A DNA stretch of 64,000 bases from Macrostomum lignano (Eukaryota): positions 1 to 64,000 of the forward strand of contig NIVC01001414.1 in NCBI GenBank assembly GCA_002269645.1. The letters run 5' to 3'. Of this stretch, positions 24,772-34,958 are shown piece after piece (within the stretch, counting starts at the first letter, position 1; every line of letters starts with the position of its first letter). A program made the position numbers and the translations under genes. The notes under the pieces are model-generated. The model was given only the letters and a program-made list of their open reading frames with translations. It was not told where the DNA came from and made no database searches.

Positions 24772-24806
24772 TTTTAAGGAAATTTTTAAAAAAATAATCG
24801 ACTACT

Positions 24807-25780
24807 AGTTGGTGGTGTTAGACTTCTTGTGGGGCCTCCGCAGTTGAAGCAGCTAATCTTAGGCTTTAGGCTTTGCGGTCTGAATCGTCCTTTGTTTATC
24901 CATAGCATTGGACGCCGTCGCCCCCTCAGAGGTCTCTTGCTCGGGTGTCCTGGTGTTCCGCCGCTTTTGTCGCTTTTTCTTGCCATTTGCGTAGTCATCG
25001 GCCAGTTTCGCAGCCTCTTTGATGTCCTTCGGTTTTCTCTCTCGCATCCACACCTGGAGTCCTCTTGTCAGAGAGTCCGTAAACTGCTCCAGAAGCACTT
25101 TCTGCCTGACGATGGAGTCGCCACTTATCAGTTCCTCTCTCTGATCCTCGTCTAGCCCAGCTGTCATCCATCGGACAAACAGGTCTTCCAGCTTTGTCGC
25201 GAACACCTGGAAGGTCTCTTCAGGCGCCTTCCGCAAAGACCGAAACCGCTGTCGCGTAGGTCTCCTCGCCGATGTTGTATCTCGCTAAGATGGTCGCCTT
25301 TGCCAAGTCGTCGTAGTCCGCGCTCGCCGCTGTCGTCAGACTGTGGAATGCGCTCTGCGCAACGCCCGTCAGTACGGTGCCAGCCGAATCGTCCACTCTG
25401 ACTTTTGCCATCCACACGATGCCGCTGCCCTTTCGAAGGTCATTAGGAATGCCTCGATGTCATCAGAGTCCGTCAGCTTAAACAGCTTGGGCTCCGCTGC
25501 TTGTGGTCGTGGCTTAGACTCGGCCAGGAGCTTCGTGAACTCCGCTTGCTGACGAGCCAGTTGCTCCAGGTAGAATGCTGACTGTCTTTCTTGCGCGCGA
25601 GTCATTTCTTGTAGCTGCTGACTCTGGTGCGTCAGGAGCATCTTCATTGTCTCCATCAGATTCGCGCCCTCCAGCGTAGCTGAATCTTGGATTCCGCTGG
25701 CTTCTTCAGCATTGTCTTCGGAGCCTTCTCCGAGGCGCCCCGTCTTGGGAACGCAGGTTGTACGGGTGCTTCGAGCCCGC
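24807..25780 (-). CDS. gag: Retrotransposon gag (capsid/SCAN-like domain, truncated zinc knuckle), several frameshifts
   Basis: PKLFKLTDSDDIEAFLMTFERAAASCGW...RLAPY; LTGVAQSAF...DYDDLAKATILARY; KVLLEQF...WMRERKPKDIKEAAKLADDY; CFNCGGP. Confidence 0.88.
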
Positions 25781-25793
25781 ACCGCTGCCACCA
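25776..25793 (-). promoter_or_regulatory. Primer binding site complementary to the tRNA-Leu 3' end
   Basis: TGGTGGCAGCGGTG directly follows the 5' LTR; animal tRNA-Leu ends ...CACCGCTGCCACCA. Confidence 0.85.
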
Positions 25794-25951
25794 TGTTGCA
25801 TTCTTGTAAATAAAATAAGAATGATATTGATTGTCCAAGGCTCCTAACTGAGCCAAAACCAAGAAAACAAGTATCGCCCTCTGGCGTGCACCAGGTCTAT
25901 TTATAGACTTTATCAAAAATGGGGTGGCACAAAGAAAAGTCCACCGTCACA
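25794..25951 (-). repeat. 5' LTR (158 bp)
   Basis: Near-identical to 13753-13908; followed by the PBS on the minus strand. Confidence 0.95.
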
Positions 25952-26139
25952 TGTTTGCACTAATCTGATTCACCACAAAAAATAAGTTTCTAATTCGAAA
26001 TTCGCAATCAATAAATGGAGTTGGCTTGCAAAAAAATATTATTCTTTTTTGGAATTTTGTTTGCATCCGTTTTGCAAGAGAATCCGCAGTCGCGCACTGA
26101 CTGCTTTTAGTAGCCACGCACTGACATTGCGGCAGTTCT

Positions 26140-26310
26140 GCTGCTCCCTCAGAGCCAATGGGAGAGGCAGAAAGCTGGGCAGAGGCGGCCGCACAAGCCA
26201 GCAAAAGCAGCCGCAATCTGAGCAGGCAGGGTGAGAAGGAACTCGCTGCAGCTGCTCCAGGGCCAATAAAATCTGCTGCAGAGGCGCCCGCTGCCCTGCC
26301 GGACTCTCGG
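26140..26310 (+). promoter_or_regulatory. Putative promoter/5' region of the ankyrin genes (two CCAAT boxes), conserved at 42385-42575
   Basis: GCCAATGG and GCCAATAA in a block highly similar between paralogues, upstream of the first coding exon. Confidence 0.45.
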
Positions 26311-26311
26311 G

Positions 26312-26612
26312 CTGAGCTGAGACACCTGCGGCTGAGCTGAGACACCTGCGACTGAGCTGAGACACCTGCGGCTGAGCTGAGACACCTGCGACTGAGCTGA
26401 GACACCTGCGACTGAGCTGAGACACCTGCGACTGAGCTGAGACACCTGCGACTGAGCTGAGACACCTGCGACTGAGCTGAGACACCTGCGACTGAGCTGA
26501 GACACCTGCGACTGAGCTGAGACACCTGCGACTGAGCTGAGACACCTGCGACTGAGCTGAGACACCTGCGACTGAGCTGAGACACCTGCGACTGAGCTGA
26601 GACACCTGCGGC
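26312..26612. repeat. 20-bp VNTR GACTGAGCTGAGACACCTGC (~15 copies)
   Basis: Single copy in the paralogue near 42560. Confidence 0.95.
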
Positions 26613-26633
26613 TGACGGACTGAGCTTGCTGCC

Positions 26634-29600
26634 ATGGCAGAGCGAGGGAAGCCACCATTTCCTAACAAAAAAGTAAGTAAAGTTCAAGTAAGAAAACTAA
26701 AAGTATAATCATATTTGTAGTCTTGACTGCAGTTGCGGAAACTCACTCACATGTTTGAATGTGCAGCTTGGGTGCCACAATTGCAGTTGCAGGAACTCAC
26801 TCACATGTTTGAATGTGCAGCTTGGGTGCCTCAATTGCAGTTGCAGGAACTCACTCACATGTTTGAATGTGCAACTTGGGTGTCTCAATTGCAGTTGCAG
26901 GAACTCTCTGACATGTTTAAATGTGCAGCTTGGGTGCCTCAATTGCAGTTTCAGGAACTCACTCACATGTTTGAATGTGCAGCTTGGGTGCCTCAATTGC
27001 AGTTGCAGCAACTCACTCACATGTTTGAATGTGCAGCTCGGGTGCCTCAATTGCAGTGGCAGGAACTCACTCACATGTTTGAATGTGCAGCTTGGGTGCC
27101 TCAATTGCAGTTGCAGGAACTCACTCACATGTTTGAATGTGCAGCTTGGGTGCCTCAATTGCAGTTTCAGGAACTCACTCACATGTTTGAATGAGAAGCT
27201 TGAGTGCCTCAATTGCAGTTGCAGGAACTCACTCAGCCGGACCCCAGCAACCGGGCAAGCGTCGGATCCTCACCAGCCGATCTCCAGACTCTCGCTCACG
27301 ACGTCATCCAAGGTGACTTCGGCCAGGTGCGGCGGCTGGCAACGCGCCAGCTGGTCACCAGCGCTGATGCAGCTCGTCGGACCGTCCTCATGCTGGTGGC
27401 CGACGCTCCTGAGACTCCCGTGCACACTGAAAAGTGCATATTGTACTTATTTGAGCTGGGCGCGAACCCCAAGGCGGCTGACGCGAACGGCGACACGGCT
27501 GCGCACCTGGCAGCCCGGCGGGACCACCTGCGGCTGCTGACGCTGCTATCGTTCGATGCGAAGTGGCTGCGGAACGACAACGGCGCCACTCCGCTGATGG
27601 AGGCGGCGCGGACTGGAAGCTGGAGATGCGCCAAGCACCTGCTGCACCTGCTCAGGCAGAGAAGGTTTAACGAGTGCAAGGAGCACGAAAACTCGAAGAG
27701 ATCGCGGCTGCTCAGACTGAAGGATCGCGAGGGTCGGACGGCGTCAGACCTGGCGAGGCTCAGCGGCCACTCAGAGCTGGCCAGCTACATCGAGCGGTGA
27801 GTGAGCAGTTCGCTGCTGTGTCCATCAAGTTTTGCAGCATTCGGCTGGCTATGGTGGCCAGAGCTGCAGTCTCAGGCCAGCCAATCAGAGCCAGTCAGCT
27901 GAACTTGTCTCTGTCTGACTGCTTGATGGACGAGAGCTGTGATTGGCTGGCTGCCTCCTAGCCAATGGGGTGCCGGTTGATCTCAGTCGAGAATGGAAGC
28001 TGTAGGGCCTCGGTGTGCAGTGAGAGTGTGTAGGTTGAGCTGCAGATGGAGAACTGGGAGGCTGTGCGTGAGTGCTTTGTGAGACATTGTGAGATGGAAG
28101 GAAACTCATGCTGCAGAAATGGAAAAGAGCTGCGTGTGAGAAGTCGGATGCGCTCTCGCCAATGCTGATTGTTGCAGAGCTGCTGCAGTCTTCTTGGAAA
28201 CTCCATCTGCGAGCTGCTCAGATAATCAGGAAATTCAGTTATCTAAATTTATTACCAAAATTCTATTGTAGAACTATAAACTTTTTAATGGCTGTCAAAG
28301 TTGTAAAATTTTAGAAACATTTGCTGCTCATTTTGGCTGTTGCAGGGAGATGCGGCTGGTTGTGAGCAAAGGTGGCAGGATCTTCGGCCTGACAGCCCAG
28401 GTGAGCGGAATCTGCGGTGCCGATGCGGCTGCAGCTGAGCAGCTGTGCTCAAATTTCCCGCTCGCCTTTGCAGGAGGAGGCGGATCGACAGGAACTGCAG
28501 CAGCTGGCCGAGGCGGGCGACTCGGCGGGGCTGCGGCGAGCGGCGACCCGCGGCAGCTGCGACCTGCCTGACAGAGATGGTTACACCGCGTTGATGTTGG
28601 CAGCTCACAACAGCTCGTGCGGTGATGAGGCTCTGTGGGAGCAGCTGGTGCAGCTGGGTGATCCCACATGTGCTGATACACGGGCTGAAATTTGCCTGCA
28701 CCATGCAGCCGGACCTGGAAACTCTGCTGCAGCCTCCGCTCTGCTGGCTGCCGGAGCCTCCGCCAATGTCAGGGAAGATCTGTGTGACTTTACGCCCCTC
28801 ATGGCGGCAGCCTTTGCGCCCCCCACCACCGCCGCCGCATTCGGTCGGGTTCTGCTGGACTCAGGGGCGGATTGGAGCCTGAAGGACATGCCGGGCAGGA
28901 CTGCGCTGGATTTGGCCACACAGGAGGGAAAGAGCGAACTGGCTGAGCTGCTGCGTGGGTGAGTTTCCATGGCGACTGAGAATGTCTCTCTGACTTTGAT
29001 TTATCATTGATAAAAATTATGCTGTAATTTATGATTGAATATTGAGCAGCTGACTGCAGTTGCTCAGAGTGGGCATTTTTACATTTTTGTAGTTTAAATG
29101 GGCAGCAGACACTGACTGAGCTTCATTGAGGAAGTTTGCATAGGTAATTTAATTTAAAATTTAATTTCATAGGTAATTTAAGCAAAAGGAAGAAATGAAG
29201 CACAGAGCATGATCTTCAACCTGAATTCCTCTAACTTTAAACTCCGCACTGCCTACTTAGGTACGGCGGCAAGATTTACTTCAACGAGCCTCTGGCACTC
29301 CCGTGAGTTCCTTCAGCACACACAGCTACAGCACACACAGCTACAGCACACACAGCTACAGCACACACAGCTACAGCACACAGCTACAGCACACAGCTCC
29401 AGCACACACAGCTACAGCACACACAGCTACAGCACACACAGCTACAGCACACAGCTACAGCACACACAGCTACAGCACACAGCTACAGCACACACAGCTA
29501 CAGCACACAGCTACAGCACACACAGCTACAGCACACAGCTACAGCACACACAGCTACAGCACACAGCTACAGCACACACAGCTACAGCACACAGCTACAG

Positions 29601-30756
29601 CACACACAGCTACAGCACACAGCTACAGCACACACAGCTACAGCACACAGCTACAGCACACACAGCTACAGCACACAGCTACAGCACACACAGCTACAGC
29701 ACACAGCTACAGCACACACAGCTACAGCACACAGCTAGATCATGCTAATTATCCCTCATTGCCTCAATTCGCATCCCCTCAGCCCCCCGTTCCTGGAGCG
29801 CTGGGACAAAGTTCGCCTCATCGGTCGCGGAGGCTCTGGCAAAGTCCACGAAGTTCGAACTGACACGGGCGTCACATGCGCTGCCAAGACTCTCAAACTG
29901 CCTGTGCAGCTCGGTGATGACCAAACCCCTGTGAGCAAGGAGATCCACAGAGCTGTCGAGAGCGAGAGAAACCTGTGCCGACTGCGGCATCCCAACATCG
30001 TCAGGTTCTTGCACATCGCTCAGCCGAAGCCCGCCAAAGTCGTTGTGTTCATGGAGCTGCTGGACGGCCGAAGCTTGGAGAGGTTTATCGGCAACAAGCC
30101 GCTGGACGAGCCAAAGATTCGAGACTTCAGCGAGCAGGTGAGCATTGTGCATCCTTGATGCTCCTGTTCCATGTTTTCATGAATGATGACTGCTCACTGA
30201 CCGACCGCTCGCAGATCTGCAGCGCGCTGCTCTACCTGCACAGCCAGCAGCCGCCCGTGATCCACAGAGACATCAACTGCTCCAACATAATTGTTCGTGC
30301 TGACAAGACCCGAATCAAGCTGATCGACTTCGGCCTGTCAATTAAGCTGGAGCAGTCAGTCAGCCACATCTCAGGCTCCACTCCGTTTCCCAAAGGCACT
30401 CTGAACTTCATGGCGCCAGAGCTGCTCGGAGCGGGACAGTCGGAGAGCGACAGCGTGCAGTACAGCAGAGAGTCGGACATCTGGGCGTTCGCTGCTCGGT
30501 CTTCCAGATGGCGTCCGGCGCGAGGCCGTTCGCGAACGCCAGGAGCTTCTTAGAAATGGCCCAGCTGATCGACAGGAGGGGCGCCCCCGCCCTGCCGGAC
30601 GGCCGGTCCGCAGAGCTGCAGGACTTCTACAGCCGCTGCACCACCAAGGACCGCAGGAAGAGAAAGTCAGCAGGGGAGCTGCTGGAGCACGAGTTTCTGA
30701 CGGGTGGGAAGCTGAAAACGCGATTGCTGGGCTCGCTTTTCGGTGTAAGGAAATGA
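26634..30756 (+). CDS. Ankyrin-repeat Ser/Thr protein kinase. Exons 26634-26672, 27225-27796, 28346-28400, 28474-28958, 29783-30137, 30215-30756
   Basis: All introns GT-AG with consistent phases (0,2,0,2,0). Ankyrin motifs GDTAAHLAA, GATPLMEAA, GRTASDLA, GYTALMLAA, FTPLMAAA, GRTALDLA. Kinase GRGGSGKV, AAK, alphaC Glu, HRDIN, DFG, GTLNFMAPE, SDIW. One 1-nt deletion near 30491 (F[G]CSVFQMASG). Confidence 0.88.
26727..27235. repeat. 54-bp tandem array (~9 copies) that includes the exon-2 splice acceptor
   Basis: Unit TTGCAGTTGCAGGAACTCACTCACATGTTTGAATGTGCAGCTTGGGTGCCTCAA; single copy in the paralogue at 42750-42810. Confidence 0.93.
29321..29737. repeat. (CACAGCTACAG[CA])n 11/13-bp minisatellite in intron 4 of the ankyrin-kinase gene
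   Basis: Same unit as 45596-46204. Confidence 0.95.
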
Positions 30757-30937
30757 GAGAAACCGGTCAGAGCGCTCTTCGATGGCGAAAATGGCTACTT
30801 AGCTTAGATTTACCTTGGAACTCTCTGCAGTCAGCTTTGTATGAGCAATTTTTAGAAACTTTTTTCTTCACTAACATGATAATTCTACAAGATAGCCAGA
30901 AAACTGGCAGTGCCTGAGTTTTAAATTAGAAATTGCA

Positions 30938-31553
30938 AGAAGTAGACAAAGAGTAGACAAAGAGTAGACAAAGCGTAGACAAAGCGTAGACAAAGAGTAG
31001 ACAAATAGTAGACGGAGTAGACACGGGTAGACAAAGAGTAGACAAATAGTAGACAAAGAGTAGACAAAGAGTAGACAAAGAGTAGACAAAGAGTAGACAA
31101 AGAGTAGACAAAGAGTCGACAAATAGTAGACATAGAGTAGACAAAGAGTCGACAAATAGTAGACAAAGAGAAGAGAAAGAGTAGACAAAGCGTAGACAAA
31201 GAGTAGACAAATAGTAGACGGAGTAGACACGGGTAGACAAAGAGTAGACAAATAGTAGACAAAGAGTAGACAAAGAGTAGACAAAGAGTAGACAAAGAGT
31301 AGACAAAGAGTAGACAAAGAGTCGACAAATAGTAGACATAGAGTAGACAAAGAGTCGACAAATAGTAGACAAAGAGAAGAGAAAGAGTAGACAAAGCGTA
31401 GACAAAGAGTAGACAACTAGTAGACGGAGTAGACACGGGGTAGACAAAGAGTAGACAAAGAGTAGATAAAAAGTAGAGATAGAGTAGACAAAGAGTAGAC
31501 AAAGAGTAGACAAAGAGTAGATAAAGAGTAGAGAAAGAGTAGACAAAGAGTAG
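30938..31553. repeat. (AGTAGACAAAG)n 11-bp minisatellite just downstream of the kinase stop
   Basis: Tandem copies; explains the hydrophobic STLCLLFVY ORFs. Confidence 0.95.
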
Positions 31554-33148
31554 AGCTCTGCAAAGCTGAGTCAATTTTACTACAGTTTCAAATGGTACTG
31601 GTCAACCGAAAAGCATGTACTGTCTGGGTTGAAATTTCCAACCCAGAATTAAAGTGCACCCTGTCTCAGTTCAGATTAGAAAACCATAAACTGGCCTGCG
31701 AAACGATGAGGACTGCGAGACCAAAGATGCCTTAGGAGAACGGGACCTGCCCAAAGTGCCGTGTGGGGTGGAAATCGAAGTTCAGCTCCTGTTTTATAGT
31801 GCTCCCAGTGATAAACTTAAACAGAAAATCCTCAATAAAATGTTGAATTTTAACAATGCTAATTTCCTAATAAGTCTGGAAGATGAAGACACCGAAAACT
31901 CATCAGACAGAACGCAGCATCCCTGGGCCTTTATATCAGTACCAATAAAAACTGGCTCAAATACTCTGCGTATCATATTTTGATTTCTTTTCCGTAATGT
32001 AGAAGTTTTCATTCACTAACTGGAACAACTTGTGGTTATTTTTCAAAAATAATAGTATTACCACCAATAATAACAGTTTTCATGTGCAGATTGCACAGTT
32101 TGATTACTGAAGTTTCAATTGAGAATCCTCTGCTCAGCTCAATAGCTTTTTTCTGCTTGCCAAATTTTCTTTCCCCGTTGTCATGGAAACTACAGGCCGG
32201 TTGTTTGCTCTGACGATTTTGTTCTTTTGAGTTCTTGTTGGTTTGAATTTCCAGTTTTCTTCTCTGAGCTGAATTTGTAACACGCAATGCATGTGTTGGA
32301 CTGTTTATTTACTCAGATACTCCAGTTCCTGCTGATGCCATCTCACTGAGCTCACTGAGCAGCAATGCAAAACGGCAATTCAGATATTCGGAAACAAAGC
32401 ACTCATTATTTTCAACACTTAGCTGGGGTTTGCTCTAAGCCACGCAGCTACAGGACTCAAAAGCTGCGGACTGATGCAGAAGAGACGCTGGGAATTACAG
32501 AAATCTCACAAGAAATCCCGTATAGAATTAGAATTTCGGTGGGCGAGACTGCAAGATGGAGAGCAGAGGCTGGTCTTCAGTACAGCTCCATCCCCTGCCT
32601 CAGTCCCTGCTGCATCCATTCGGTCTGAACCCTCAGCTCAAATCTGCAGGCATAAAGTTAATCAGCTTCAGCCACGACTGAATTGTAGCACAGTGCAGGC
32701 TGGACAACTCTTGTGCCAGTAAGAGATGCAGTCAGATAAGCCATGGCAACTGTTTACAGTATTTTAATGCTGAAGCAATGGCTAAGCTGAACTGTGATTA
32801 CATAGCTGGCTGTGAGCGAACCATAAACATCATCAACTCTGCTTCTGCATCCTGTGCAGCCTCTCGGGTGCTTCACGCAGCTGCAGCGCCACTCGCTCTT
32901 CCGGTGGGCCGCTGCGGTCTGCCTTGTAGCGTTGCTGCCTCATCAGCCTCTGCAGATCGGGTCTGATCGGAATCTGAGTGCGCACCTGATGAAGCTCTGT
33001 GCGAGTCTGGGTGGCGACATGCATGCTGTGCAGCATGGCTCAGATGGCAAGCTGCCGGGTTAATTCGACATGATGTAGTTTCTGGTGCACAGACCTTTGC
33101 CAGAATTTAAATTTTCTAATGGTTAGAAAATCACGACCGTTAATACTA

Positions 33149-33985
33149 CTGACACATCACAGCTCACGATTTGCATGGGGACACTGAGTAGTCACTGCTG
33201 CTGACACATCACAGCTCACGATTTGCATGGGGACACTGAGTAGTCACTGCTGCTGACACATCACAGCTCACGATTTGCATGGGGACACTGAGTAGTCACT
33301 GCTCCTGACACATCACAGCTCACGATTTGCATGGGGACACTGAGTAGTCACTGCTGCTGACACATCACAGCTCACGATTTGCATGGGGACACTGAGTAGT
33401 CACTGCTCCTGACACATCACAGCTCACGATTTGCATGGGGACACTGAGTAGTCAGTGCTGCTGACACATCACAGCTCACGATTTGCATGGGGACACTGAG
33501 TAGTCACTGCTGCTGACACATCACAGCTCACGATTTGCATGGGGACACTGAGTAGTCAGTGCTGCTGACACATCACAGCTCACGATTTGCATGGGGACAC
33601 TGAGTAGTCACTGCTGCTGACACATCACAGCTCACGATTTGCATGGGGACACTGAGTAGTCACTGCTGCTGACACATCACAGCTCACGATTTGCATGGGG
33701 ACACTGAGTAGTCACTGCTGCTGACACATCACAGCTCACGATTTGCATGAAGACACTGAGTAGTCACTGCTGCTGACACATCACAGCTCACGATTTGCAT
33801 GGGACACTGAGTAGTCACTGCTGCTGACACATCACAGCTCACGATTTGCATGGGGACACTGAGTAGTCACTGCTGCTGACACATCACAGCTCACGATTTG
33901 CATGGGGACACTGAGTAGTCACTGCTGCTGACACATCACAGCTCACGATTTGCATGAGGACACTGAGTAGTCACTGATGCTGAGA
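33149..33985. repeat. 52-bp tandem repeat (~16 copies)
   Basis: GACACATC recurs at 33151 and 33203; copies nearly identical. Confidence 0.95.
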
Positions 33986-34023
33986 CACGAGTGCGCTAAT
34001 TCTCACTGCATTGGCTGGCATAT

Positions 34024-34958
34024 GGGCTGGATTGGTGAATGGGCTGGATTGGTGAATGGGCTTGATTGGTGAATGGGCTGGATTGGTGAATGGGCTTGAT
34101 TGGTGAATGGGCTGGATTGGTGAATGGGCTGGATTGGTGAATGGGCTGGATTGGTGAATGGGCTGGATTGGTGAATGAGCTGGCTTGGTGAATGGGTTGG
34201 CTTGGTGAATGGGCTGGATTGGTGAATGGGCTGGATTGGTGAATGGGCTGGATTGGTGAATGGGCTGGATTGGTGAATGGGCTGGATTGGTGAATAGGCT
34301 GGATTGGTGAATGGGCTGGCTTGGTGAATGGGCTGGATTGGTGAATGGGCTTGATTGGTGAATGTGCTGGATTGGTGAATGGGCTGGATTGGTGAATGGG
34401 CTGGATTGGTGAATGTGCTGGATTGGTGAATGGGCTGGATTGGTGAGTGGGCTGGATTGGTGAATTGGCTTGATTGGTGAATGGGCTGGATTGGTGAATG
34501 GGCTTGATTGGTGAATGGGCTGGATTGGTGAATGGGCTGGATTGGTGAATGGGCTGGATTAATGAATGGGCTGGATTGGTGAATGGGCTGGATTGGTGAA
34601 TGGGCTGGATTGGTGAATGGGCTGGATTGGTGAATGGGCTGGATTGGTGAATGGGCTGGATTGGTGAATAGGCTGGATTGGTGAATGGGCTGGCTTGGTG
34701 AATGGGCTGGCTTGGTGAATGGGCTGGATTGGTGAATGGGCTGGATTGGTGAATGGGCTGGATTGGTGAGTGGGCTGGATTGGTGAATGGGCTGGATTGG
34801 TGAATGGGCTGGATTGGTGAGTGGGCTGGATTGGTGAATGGGCTGGATTGGTGAATGGGCTGGATTGGTGAGTGGGCTGGATTGGTGAATGGGCTGGATT
34901 GGTGAGTGGGCTGGATTGGTGAATGGGCTGGATTGGTGAATGGGCTGGATTGGTGAAC
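34024..34958. repeat. 17-bp minisatellite GGGCTGGATTGGTGAAT
   Basis: Tandem copies; explains the NPAHSPIQPIHQSSPFT ORFs. Confidence 0.95.

Larger units (their letters stand above)
16763..24806. mobile_element. Capsid-less Polinton/Maverick-like (adintovirus-like) module
   Basis: AT-rich, intronless, tightly packed genes with A-rich ATG contexts: pPolB, DDE integrase, adenain, PLA2, pX-like. Right end ACTACT (24801-24806) matches the Polinton AGTAGT terminus; left end has only AGTAG at 16763. No long TIR or 6-bp TSD found, so boundaries are approximate. Confidence 0.85.
13753..25951 (-). mobile_element. Gmr1-type Ty3/Gypsy LTR retrotransposon (SCAN-like gag; IN-RT-RNaseH order), protease region absent, containing an ~8-kb Polinton-like insert
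   Basis: Two LTRs with TG...CA ends, PBS, PPT-like tract, TGTTT TSD at 13748-13752 and 25952-25956, gag and pol motifs on the minus strand, and an empty orthologous site in the paralogous segment at 42241-42245. Confidence 0.95.

Noticed and set aside
24325-24777. 150-aa plus-strand ORF
   Set aside because: Antisense shadow of the minus-strand Polinton membrane-protein gene, which has the family motifs.
16757-24812. Canonical Polinton long TIRs and 6-bp TSD
   Set aside because: Beyond AGTAG/ACTACT the ends do not match; the flanks share only 4 bp (GTTG on the plus strand).
25947-27194. ORFs 25947-26687, 26039-26668, 26149-26658, 26709-27212
   Set aside because: Artefacts of the 20-bp and 54-bp arrays.
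32340-33063. Possible extra exons or a small gene downstream of the kinase
   Set aside because: Plausible acceptors, but no consistent frame or recognisable domain.
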